Origin: Camelus dromedarius
Taxonomy: Eukaryota
DNA: 64,000 nucleotides
Assembly: GCF_036321535.1 (NCBI RefSeq)
Contig: NC_087437.1
Coordinates: 114,020,001-114,084,000, forward strand
Direction: 5' to 3'
Shown: positions 51,909 to 64,000 of the stretch, one piece after another
Numbering within the stretch: the stretch's first letter is position 1
Layout of the letters: the number at the start of each line of letters is the position of its first letter
Notes under the pieces: model-generated
What the model saw: only the letters and a program-made list of their open reading frames with translations
Databases searched by the model: none
What the model was told of the DNA's origin: nothing
Program-made: the position numbers and the translations under genes

Positions 51909-53759
51909 AAGAAAGTTTCCTAGTAAAGGAGTAAATGATGCAATGATGCAAGTGATTGCTTTGCATCTCCTTTCCACCAAAATACTAATTAGGTCCATAA
52001 AAGCAGAGATCCTGCCTCCTTCACAGCAGACCCAGAGTTTAGTACTGAATATGTATTTGTTGAATGGCTGGATCACTGAGTGAATGAATGAATACACAAA
52101 CACTATTCAGGGCAGAATTTGTCTTTTCTCATAACCCGACATGTTCCCATCTATTTTGTTAACATGGGACATAATACTCCCCAGCAAAGTGGGCTAGTTA
52201 ATAATGGGGTCTGAGGGCCCTTCAGAGAGGGAGCCAGTGTGCTTGGAAAAACATGATAGTAGTAAGAGGAAAAGGAAATGTATTTGTTCCAAGGGAACTA
52301 AGCCTAAATCAAACATGTCTGACCGCTCAGATGGACTCTGAAAACAAATACAGAAATATTTATTGCCCGAGTTGTTGGGTAGACTTAGAACAAGCAGACT
52401 TGTTTGGGTCTGCATTTATAAATAGACTTAAGTACAATAAACTTCTTAAAAATTTCTGGTTTTAATTGTAAAGAATGTAGTGATTGCCTGGTGGGCGGGA
52501 AATAATAAAAATACATAACATTGCTTCAAAATTAACCTTTATGTTAAGAAAAGACTCACAAATTCTTATCAAAACATTTTGGAATAAAAGGTATTAGTAT
52601 TTGCTTTAAAAGTATAACCAACAAATCCAGGCTAGAGCTGGATTTAAGCTGAAGAAAGCTCCTCGTTGGGGTCCTCAGATGGAAGCAGGGATGGAATATT
52701 CTGTCACCATCACTGACAGCCTGCAGCACCTGAGAGCCAGCAGCCACTCCACACCTTTAACCCAGACACTACGCTGCACTGTCCTCTGCCAGGACCATGG
52801 CCTTCACTTGGATTCATATCAGAAGTAAAATGAAAATGAAGCTGTGCTCCATTCACACTGATAGTGGCTTATATGTTGCACTGCACTTTACAGTTTACAA
52901 AGAACTTCTATATATTTTTCATTTAATCACCCTGACAACCCTATGAGGTAGATATGACAAATATTATGAATCTTTTCTTTTTTTAACTAAGGAAAATATA
53001 CCTAAGAAGGTGCAGTTTTGCCCACTCTCATGAGGTGGCCATAGGCCTAGACCTCAGATATCTAAACCTTGGAAGAGTGGGTATCTTGCTCTCTGCTCAA
53101 GACAGATACCAAAAATGCCTAGATTCAGAGCCACAAAGTCAGCATTTATTTTGTCAAAACTTTGTTTACATAATGAAAAGCCAATTGAAATGAAGTAGAG
53201 CAGTAGAGAGGAAGGTGGTTCATGATGTCTCTGTGTCTCAATTTTCTCATCTGTAAAATGGACCTAACTATGAAACCAACTTCATAAACTTGTTGTGAGG
53301 TTTACACACCCTTTAGAGTGTAGACCCTGCACAAGGAAGGCAGTCATGTTCAATCAGTGCCAGCCATTATTATAAAAGAGGTGGTCAGGACAATCACAAT
53401 AGGAAATATTTACTTTCCATCTCTTCTCTCATAGGATATCTAGACAGATGAATTCAAAATTTAAAAGGTGGATTGATTCTGTCAATAAGTCACTATCGTG
53501 TAGATCATAGGAGTGTTTTCCTGATATTATAACTAAACTATTTATTATTTAGCATTCCTGCTACATGGACAGCCACCTGTCTGGAACCAAACCAATGAGG
53601 CGGGACTGAAAAAAGCAATCTCTGTGCTTTCTGGGGTTGCATTCAGAGATGCTCTGATCTTCTGGTTCTCGTCCCATGTCCCCATCCACTGCTCATGAAC
53701 AATAGAAATGCTAAGTTAGTACTAATGATGAGTTAAATATATAACTGTGTATGAAAGAA

Positions 53760-56700
53760 AAAAGAAAGAAAGAAAAATCACAGTTTCCAGAAATGAAGAG
53801 GGAACTGAAAGCAACGTCTGTGAGTGTTGGAACTGAAACTGTAGCTAGCCTGGCGACAGAATGAGAGAAAAGGGTTCTGGAGGAGGGAGATTCTAATGAC
53901 TTGGGAATCGTGCCTCCCAGGGCTTAGGGATCAGGTTTTTGGTCAATCCAAGGTGGGATGTTGACGTTGAATCATTTGCATTAAGTCAGAATTCTCAAAT
54001 GACCCCACCCTGATTCTCCTGTACCTGGTTAATCAAGATTACAAGGAAGATTATCTATACTCAGAGATCTTTGTGGTCGAAAAGAGATCCCCAAGAAAAA
54101 TTGAAACCCTACAGATTGATATATAGGTTGAGATTGCATTCCACTACCTCTGTGGTTTACAAATTGTCAGAATGAGAATTTAACATAAAGTTTTTCCCAG
54201 CCTGGTGAGGTGCTGGGGTACCTAACATAAGCAAGTAAAAAATCACTCTAGAGGAACTTTCCTTAACCCAGATCACAGAGGATATTATGCTCACTGAAAA
54301 TGAGTGCACGGTAAGGAATTTTAAAACACACCAACAAATTCTTTATTCTAAACAATGTAGAAGACTCAACAGAAATATTTGACATGTAAAGACATCAGGA
54401 AAAAATATCTGAAAAGAAGTGTAAATTTAAGATTCTAAAATAAAGATATGAAAGAATAAAAATCAATAGATAAAATATTTCATAGACCAAAAAAGTAAAT
54501 TTTAATAATGACCAAATAAATGATAAGACATGAAAATTAAAGCTCAGTGGATGGGTTAATCAACAAATTAGACAAAGCTGAAGAAAGAATTAGTGAACTG
54601 ACAGTCAACACAGAGGAAATTATACAGAATGAATCACAGGGAGATAAGGGCATGGAAATGGGTAAGTTAAGAGATGTGGTAGACAGAATGAGAAGACCCA
54701 GCATGAATCTAATTGGACTTCAAGAAGGAGGAAATCGAATGAGGAAGAAGTAATATTTGAAGAGAAAATGGTGAAGAATTTTTCAGAATCGATGAGAGAT
54801 AAGTCACGAGATTAAATAAATCCAAGTCAGATGAAAAGGATATCCACATCTAGACTAAACAGAGTGAAACGGGAGAACACCATGTACAAAGAAAATGTAT
54901 TCAAACAAAGAAACGAACAAATAAAACACCTGCACACGAATAGCAGTCAGATTGGGAGGAACTTCTGATCACAACTATAGAAGCAAGAAGAGAATAGAAT
55001 ATTGTATCCCATAAACTGACACAATATGGTACATCAACCATATTTCAATTAAAGAAAAAAGAGAATGAAATGACGTCTTCAAATGACAGAGATATTTTCC
55101 CACAAAAACATTGAAAGAGTTTATATGCCTAGGTCTTCACTGAAAGAACAATTAAAACATACTCCGTATGAAGAAGGAAATTGAACCCAGAAGGATGTGG
55201 TGAGATTTTTTAAAAATTAGCAAACAAAGACATTTGCAAGCAAACAGATGTCACTAATAAACATGGGCAATAGATTCAGTGACAATAGTGACTGATTTCC
55301 ATTTCTATAAAAACAAGAAAAAATAAAATACTACAGCATAACAACATAGACTATTGTGGGTTATTACACTGAAGACCTTCTAAGGTCTTCATATTTGGGA
55401 GATAAAGTAGAGATGCAGATAAAAGTTAAATTTTGTTATATTAAGTTTACTTGTTAAAATTATGAGTGTAATCACTAAAAATAAAAATAAAACACATACT
55501 TTCCAAAGCAGGAAATGGCATAAATTGGGGGGAGGGGTGTGAGGAAATTTTTTTAACTCAAATAGAAGTAGGGATAATAATTTTTTTTAAAAAAAGAAAG
55601 AAAAAGTATAGTAAATACCCAAGTTTCAACAACTAACTGTCTGTACGGAAAGAGAAAATAAAAAAATGGGGCCCTACCTTACACTATGTAGAGAAATATG
55701 TTTCCTACAAATTAAAATCTTAAATGTAAGAAAACTGGTATGTGTGTATATATATGAATAAAATTATGAGGTAAAATAATGATGTCCTAGAAAAAGCAAT
55801 AAAGAAGTACAAACCAAAAAGGGAAAGGTTGATAAAACTGGCTCTATTATAATTAAAACTGTATCAAAAGATACTATTAAAAACTTAAAAAAAAAAACAA
55901 ACCAAGCAAAGACTTGATGGCATTATTATTACTCTCTGCTAATGAGGGAGGTTTCCAAAGACAGCTGCCATGATGTACCCCACCTCAAACATCCTATTTA
56001 CAAAGACACTGACTCTTTTCCTGTAAAGTGGAAGAGCCTGTGACCCCTCCCTTTGGACCTGGGTGAAGCTTTGTGTCTGTCTTGACCAGCAGAGAGGCTG
56101 GAAGTGAGGCTATGTCAACTCTGAGGCAAGATCATAAAAAGTATCACGCCATTTCAGCTTTGATCTCTTGTGACACTCATTCTTGGAACCCCAGCACTTT
56201 GCTTCAAGGAAGTCCAGGCCACGTGGGGAACTTGCAGGTGAATATCCCACTGGCTTCCCCAGCTGAGATTCCAATCAATGACCGGTAGTACCGCCACATG
56301 TGAGTGAATGAATGAGCGTTCAGTTGACTCCGGCCCCAGTCACCATCTGATGGCAGCTGCTCTCAGGAGAGGCCCCAGGTGAGCATTCCCTGATTGGTTA
56401 TTCCCAGTCAACGCTCAGAACTACGAGACATCATAATAAAGGTACCAGTGCTGCTGTAAGCTACTACGTTGGGGTGATTCATTACGTGGCAATACGCAAA
56501 TGACGCACTAGCCAAAGTCAAAGAGGAAAAGACAACGTGACAGGAAAATTGGTAAAGATTATGAACAAGCCGTGCGTGGGAGAAGAAACCTGGGTAGACA
56601 ATAAACACACAAAAAGATGCTAGTCTTCATTTGTGTACACCAGAAAGCAGGTGCATGCAAAGTAAAACAGCAAGGAAAGAACACGTTACACCATCTTTTT

Positions 56701-56760
56701 GTCAAAAATGTAAAGCGGTTTTAATACAAGCTGTTGAGAGAGACGACCTAGAGCGACGGC
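53760..56760 (+). mobile_element. Old L1ME/HAL1-like element with an ORF1 remnant and a large internal deletion
   Basis: 54547-54753 translates to DGLINKLDKAEERISEL...LRDVVDRMRRPSMNLIGLQEG, matching the L1 ORF1p coiled-coil/RRM start. Inter-ORF and late-ORF2-like sequence follows. Interrupted by an MLT1 LTR and a short L1 tail. Confidence 0.7.
55943..56507 (+). mobile_element. MLT1F/G-like MaLR solo LTR
   Basis: CTTGACCAGCAGA...TCTGAGGCAAGATCATAAAAAG...CCCAGCTGAG...AATAAA...TTGGGGTGATTCATTACGTGGCAATA. Confidence 0.7.
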
Positions 56761-57767
56761 TAGCAGGACAGGCTCAGGCCAGGGTACTCGGCACCCACTT
56801 CCAGCTCCGCTCATAAATTGCACGGCCGTAGGCAGATCATCCAAACCTTGTGTGCCTCTGTCTCCTCTTCTGCAAAATGGGAGTTTGCCTGGGATTGGTG
56901 TGAGAATCGAGTGAATGAATACATGTAGCATGCTTAGAATAGTGCCCGCCAGGGGAAGCAGTGAGTGTTTATGATGACAGTCATGATGACAACAGTGGTG
57001 GAAAACCAGAAGTCTTGGGCAGTTCTAGGCAAACTGGTACAACCAAGATTTAGAGAACTGTTTGTCAGTTCTCTTGTTAACTTGCAGATGTCAATACTGC
57101 TCAACACATCTACTTCACCTGTTGGTTCATAACATAGAGAAGTGCCACCACACGAGCACCAGAAGACAGAGGCAAGCATTTTCATCATGTCATCGTTTTC
57201 TGACTGCAAACACTGGACTCTGCCTGGGAGTGCTCAGAGTGATTCTGAAAAGTATAGCAACCAACTCCAGTATCTAAGCCAGGGAGCTTCCAGCTTGAGG
57301 ATCCCATCCTGGTCCTGGAGCAGCGGACTCCATCCAACCCATCATGGGAGGATACGTGGTGAGACCAGAATGAAACATGCATTGTCCAGCCTTCTACTAG
57401 AAAAGTCAACTACGGTCTGGAGGAAAAGTAGCAGGTACGACGGTGGTAGAGCCCCCAAGACCTAGCGCAGGAAGCGGAGCTGACGGTGGAGCCAAGACAA
57501 GACTGATGGTGGCAGGACGGCTGTCCCTGTCCTATTGTGCTCATATGTCCACTCTGCCCTGGACTTTCTGTGTGTGCACAGCTCTCCCCACTGGTACAAA
57601 AAGACAGAGAAACCACACATGTGAATTGTCATGGAGTGGCATTTAGAACCTGTCCTCTACTCCAAGGAACATGGAGGGACAGCCCTAGCCAGGATGACGG
57701 GTCCGAATTTAGTTCTGGTTTCATCAGTAGTTGGCAGTACAGTCAGTTAGCTTCTCTGAGTCTCAGT

Positions 57768-58326
<559 letters not shown>

Positions 58327-60089
58327 TCAAATAAGATCTCAGTGCTTTGGGGCCATAGCAGATGAAGAGTTGGACTTGAAGTTTAAAGTCCTGAGCTGAG
58401 CTTCCTTGGACAGGAAGCAGAAGCAGAATTGTAATAAACCAGCATGTACATCTGTAAATTGTGACTAGTCTTATCTCCTTTTCAGGGATGTTGTGACACT
58501 CAAGTGACACAGTTTTTGTTAAAACACTTTGCAAACTCTAAGCTCGGTGGCCAGATTTACTATTCTGCTTAGGAGAGAATCCATGGACCCCCATGATCCA
58601 TTAATTCTACACAATGTAGCTTGGATACCAAAAATATCAACAAATCTAGAGATGAATTAATACGACCCTAGAGCTCCCATTATAAAATTTACATAGCCAA
58701 TTTTTTGTGGTTCGCATAATAAATCCTGGTATTAGTCATCGGTCTTTGAAGACAAGCTATTAAAGCAATAGAATTCTTAATTAATTTAGTGCAGAGTTTA
58801 TCAGTTCTGTGTACACAGCTTACTCAGAGCCCACTATATCACTCAAGTGTGGGGTTGGATAAAGTCAGCTCCCATGGACTAAACCTTATCTCCTGCTCTG
58901 CAGTTTCCAGAAGCAATTCTTCCTCAGTTGGAGATTTGTTATCTGCTGGCTCCTTCATAATGCGTTTCCTGGAATAGGTCATGAATAGTTGAGTCAAAAG
59001 CTTCTGCAGAATTAGCTCAATACAGACAGAAAAGGCTCATTCTGCTACCACGAGACTCACGAGCGTCTGAATGCCTATGTCAAAATTAAACCTCAAATGT
59101 TCAGAAAGAGACAGTAAACGTTATCACTAAAAAGGTAATTTTTAAAACCTTCTTTATGCTTAAAAAACTATAGAGCCAAGGGCATATATATGCTTTGCAA
59201 ATATAGAAAAAATAGTTAAATAATTATCATTCTCGTATAATTACTGTCAATTGTGCATATTTCCTTTCAGTTTCAGCCCATGTGTAAATCTCGTTTTACA
59301 TAAAAGGCTTGGAATGCAAAATACGTAAAAGCTTTTACACATCCTCACATACCACTTTGCAAAGCAAAGTGATATTTTATCACTTTCTTATTGCAAAGGA
59401 GTTGAGGTGCGGAGGACCCTCAATCCATCATAAACACTTTAACAAACAGTACCTGTGTGAAAACACCTGTCCCGTCCTTCGCTCTGGCCTCTGTTCTCTG
59501 TTCTTTAACCCCTGCAGCAGAATGTTCTTTATAGAAAAAAGTCAAGCTAGGATTCTTAGGGGAAGGGTACTTCCCATCGCTGGTCTTGCCGAGAATAAAC
59601 AAAAGGCGGAGGATGCTGCGTTGGTTAAGACAGCTGCCCCACATCACCGCCCTCAGGCCCCCACCCACCCTCTCCCTGGCCCCCAAGCTCCTCTGATGAC
59701 TTTATCTCCCTCTTTACCAAAAACTAGAGGGAATCCAGGACAACTCCGTCCTTCACTTTCCCCTCCACCTGGAAACCGATCTTAATCGCCCTTCCCCTCT
59801 TCTCCTCCTCCAGAAGACCTATCATTTCAGTAGCTCACCCTGTCCCCTGGGCCCTTGGTTCTCTCTCTCCCATCTCCTTTGGGCCTTTTCCCAGCAGTTA
59901 ACTCTCTCTTGCCCTGTATCTCCTTCCTCTGCCTGATGCTTCGACTGGCTCCTTGTCTTCAGCTTATAAACACAGTTATAATTGTAAACAAATATATAAA
60001 GTACATTATATATGTATTTTAGATGGAGGGGTGTGTTTACAATCTTCTATTACTGCTTCCACAATTTCCAGCAAAGTTCAAATCCCTTC

Positions 60090-61362
60090 CTGTGTTGGCT
60101 GCTTCCCTAGCATCCTGTGGAGGGGACTCTCTAAAGGACCATGTGTAACGTGATTCTTGCAAGTCTCAAGGCCCAGTTTCAGCCCCTGCAACCCTCTGGG
60201 ATGTCTTCTCACCCAAGTTGCAAAGCCATGTCTTCCCACTTTTCATCAACCTCTGCTCTTGAACGTTTCTTTTTCTTTGGCCTCCCAAGCTCAGAACAAT
60301 CTGTCTTGCCCTTCTTTCCCTCTGACGATTGCTCCTCACTTTCTTTGGCTCATTTATCTTCTTGGTTCCATTTTCAAAGTGTACAAGGACCTTATCTGCC
60401 CTCCTCTCTCTTCTTCGTCCCTCACAAGTAATATACAAGTTCTTGACTTCAGCTATTGTCTCCTTATGGATAATGCTTACATTTATTTCCAAAGTCAAAC
60501 TCTCTCTCAAGGTCAAGGGCAGAGCTCTAGTATCCATACACTAGACTTTAGGCTTCGTTGGTTCCAAACTTGATTCCATTCTCTTCCCTAACCAGTTTTA
60601 TGTTCCTAATGTCCATCCTGCTTTTGATCACGGCATCCTGGCCGCCATCTGACCCAGGGCCAAACCCTGGAGAAACCTTTCATTCTTCCCCTCTCAGCCT
60701 CTATATCCAGTCAAATGTCAAGTCTTGATTCTACCTAAACATCATGTATCCTCTTCTCGACACTTACCTAACTTCCCATCTCGAGTTCCTTCTGCTTTAA
60801 GATGTTTCAAATGACTCTCAAAATTATCTTTGGCATGTGAATCATATCTCCCTGTTAAAAACATCCAACAAAGCTCCCATTGTTTATAGAATCAAATCCA
60901 ATCTCCTTAATCTAGCAAAGACCTCCATGATTTGCCTTCCAACTACATCTTTACATCCATTTCCCATCACCCCTTCACCACATCAAGCTCTTCCTCTTGG
61001 CCACCTTGGGTCCCCCCATTGCCATGACTTGAAGATAGTCCTGCTCCTGAAATTCTCACTACCTCTCACTACCTGGATAAACCCTTCATGTCTTTAAAAG
61101 CCAGCTCAAATAATTCCTTTCCCTTCAAAGCGTCTCCTATTCCTCTCAGCTACTTGTAACCACCTTTCCTTTGCATCCCACGTGATTTTCCTGCTGTCAT
61201 GATTACATAACTTGGTGCAATTGTATTTTATTATATCTCACCAATGTCTCTCTTTTCTTCCCTCACTGGATTAGAGATCATTCTTGAGCCACCTCTATCA
61301 GGTGCCCCCACGGTGCCCAGCACAACGCCTTGCACTTAGTAGATGGTCAATAAATATTGATG
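60090..61362 (+). mobile_element. L2 3' region
   Basis: CTCCCATTGTTTATAGAATCAAATCCAATCTCCTTA ... GTGCCCAGCACAACGCCTTGCACTTAGTAGATGGTCAATAAATATTG. Confidence 0.75.
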
Positions 61363-61589
61363 CATCAGCAGTGACCGAGAGTGTCAGGCTTTGGACTCAA
61401 AGCCAAAGTCATGGGATTCTGGTCAAATTAACTCAAGCTCTCTAAGCTTTATCTTATACATCTGTTTAAAAAAAAAGAAAAAAGACAGCTGTACTACTGT
61501 AGAGAATGGAATGAGAACCAAGCGGGGAAAAATGTATTTAAAACCCTTAACACAGTGCTTGGCACGTTTCATATTGCGCCATTATTAAT

Positions 61590-62220
61590 GCTGACCATAA
61601 AAGTGTGGAAATAGGTACTCCACTTGTTTATGTGAATGCAAATGGTACCATTTTCTCTGGGCAACTACGCAATAGGTATTAACAGCTTTAAAGAACGTGC
61701 GTGACATTTGCCCCTGCAGTCCTATTTCTGGGAATTTATCTTAAAGAAATCACTGACGTTCAATGCCAAGATGATCATGAGACAGAGACGTGTATGATGC
61801 CTAAGGAAGGAAAATGGCTTCATTTCCAACAGGAGGACACTGGGGAAGTAAATGGTGATTCATCCTTAAGAAGAGACAAGAGATGGCTGCTACATTTACC
61901 TCAGGAGAAGATGTTCACAGTTTATTGTGAAGTTCAAAGCACAGGGACAAAAGCATTTGAATAGTAAACCTTTCTTCTTTAGTAAGAATGTACACACAGA
62001 ACTAGGATGTGTGAATTTGTGAATCTGTGTCAGTGTGGATGGAAGCGAATGAAAGTGTCGAAAGAGGCGTTACCTGGTTTCAAGTGATTTTTACTTTTTT
62101 TCTGTATTTTTTTCAAATTCTGTTTCATTCTTTATCAAATTTTCTGTTTTATACTTTGTCAAATTTTCTATACGTACACGCACATGTATTTTTGGCATCC
62201 AGAAACAAATGTTATTAACT
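61590..62220 (+). mobile_element. L1ME 3' remnant
   Basis: TGCAAATGGTACCATTTT...TTTCTGGGAATTTATCTTAAAGAAAT...TTTTTCTGTATTTTTTCAAATT. A ~24-bp unit is repeated about 3 times at 62105-62170. Confidence 0.65.
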
Positions 62221-64000
62221 ATTCATATCTTTATCTTTTTCCCTTGGCTTTTCAAGCACTGCCTGAAAATAAATGTAAAACACTCTTTTAAGCAACTCAT
62301 CTCTCAGAAAAAGAGCACCTTTTCCTTCTCTGAGATTAATTATTCTTCATTTGGGTGGAGGGCAAAACAAATTTAGGATGACTGACACAAGCCAAGGGAT
62401 GTCCAGGGAAAAATCATATAAGGAAACACATCAGTGCACTTTTAAAACTTGAGTTTAGAAGGGTAGGATGTTCTGTGTTCAAGCCAGGATTCTGGAGTTT
62501 GTTGAAGGAAAGCATTATCCTGGGTGGTTCCTTCAAAAACACAGCAATGTCTTTGAGAGAAAGCATCGCAAGCATCACAGTGGGCTGTACGAAACCACAG
62601 CCCAAGCATTCGAAGCCACAGGTATGTCCAGAAATGGACAATTCTTTGCCTCTTCACTGATTTCACGAGGGCAGGGCAAGTGGGGATGGGGACGGAGGAC
62701 AAGAAGGTGGTGTTTTTATAAGCCACTTATTAATATTGGTTATCAAATCAAATTGATTATTAGAACTTTAGTCTAAAAATATGAAGACCTGAAAGTAAAT
62801 CATTACTAGAATCGTTTGCTATATATGTAAAAATCACACTGATTTTAAAATTTGAGGTATTTTTAAATCCTGAAAGGAGAGGCAATTTGTATCTAAGCAT
62901 AGTGATCATCTTGGATGTGAAAGTAAATTAACTGGCAAGTGGCCTGGAAGAGGGTCACGTTTTGCGGTCACTCCCTGACACTGAACCATAGACATGTGTT
63001 CTTCTTCTTTCAAGATCTCTGCAGGAAAGAAAGTTTGATCCCAATCAACAAGTTGAAAGTAGCTATGAAAATGCAAGCAAAACTACTAGACTGAATGCAA
63101 TTCGAGGACTTACACGATAATAGATAATCGCTGCATCCGGCATCCTGTCTCTAGTGACAGTTAATGCATGAAAACTCTGTGGGGGTGGGGACCCAAACCA
63201 TACCACTTGCAACAATATAATTCTGATGTGAGAACTGATACGCTTTCCTGACCTCAGTGATGGGCGTGTGTCATTTGTCAAGCATTAGATTTAATTACCC
63301 TTATTTATTTACTGATCCAGGCTTCCTGGTCATGATGGCCCCTTCTCAACCAGCCATTGGAGAAAGTAACTCGAAACCCTGGTAGGAGACGCCTCCTATT
63401 GGACACCACCACCGATGGCTAATGCCCCGCTGTTGCCATTGTGATAAATGGCAGGGGAGCCCTTCCTTTTAAAATGCACCCCCACTGCTTGGCTTCCCCT
63501 GTAAGGGTCAGGAAGAAGGAAGTGGTTGGGGCCACAGTGGGCAGGTGGCACCTGTGGTCCTTATCAGATAGCTAGGGGAGGAGACGCCCCACTGCTCAAG
63601 AGCCTCGGAGGCAGAGAGAAGCGAGGCAGCGATCAGGGGCACCAACATCACACTTCATGCAAATGTTTCTTGTTCCTCTTGAGCACTAGACAATGAGAGC
63701 GGGGCATGTGGCTTGAACCCCCATAGATTGACTTGTAAGTGCTTTTTCCCCCTGAGGACATGAGATGGAGCGGAAGAGGGAAGTGTGTTTGTGTTGGGGG
63801 CAGGGGCTGGGTGGTGAGCCTCCAGGAGCCATTTAAAAAATAATCACTTGTCCCTGGATGTCTGAGTGATTTAGGAACAAGAAGAAAGGCGAAAGGACGA
63901 ACACTCAACCCCAAACCAGACCTGTGCCGGGGACTTCCCCACATGTGGAAGAGAGGCTTCAGGGACACTTTAAATTAAAGAATCAAACCAGGATTCTCAA

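Noticed and set aside
54547..54753. ORF resembling a coiled-coil protein
   Set aside because: Decayed L1 ORF1p fragment with surrounding stops and frameshifts; no sign of domestication.

Overview
Mammalian genomic DNA that is repeat-rich and almost entirely non-coding (intronic or intergenic). It is most likely camelid: there are two tRNA-Ala-derived Vic-1-type SINEs and artiodactyl-type L1 3' ends, and I saw no Alu, BovB/Bov-A or PRE-1 elements. I recognised no complete protein-coding gene, RNA gene or CRISPR array. The long ORFs in the track are artefacts of microsatellites or retroelements. The window holds old eutherian repeats (L1M/L1ME, L2, MIR, MER5/MER20/MER53, MLT1), younger ERV1-type solo LTRs (one with a perfect 4-bp TSD) and a ~560-nt (GAAA)n/(GGAA)n purine tract. 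The best functional candidates are: (i) a promoter-like region at ~19.6-21 kb with a minus-strand exon encoding 23 codons (MSCAGSQKQNPQFEPAKNYKLYQ) that ends at a CAG|GTAAAG donor; (ii) plus-strand non-coding exon candidates that may belong to a divergent lncRNA; (iii) two small orphan CpG-rich islands and several motif clusters. I could not identify the host gene, and the sequence alone does not establish a new biological system. Repeat family names come from remembered consensus sequences and need RepeatMasker/Dfam confirmation; boundaries of old repeats are approximate.
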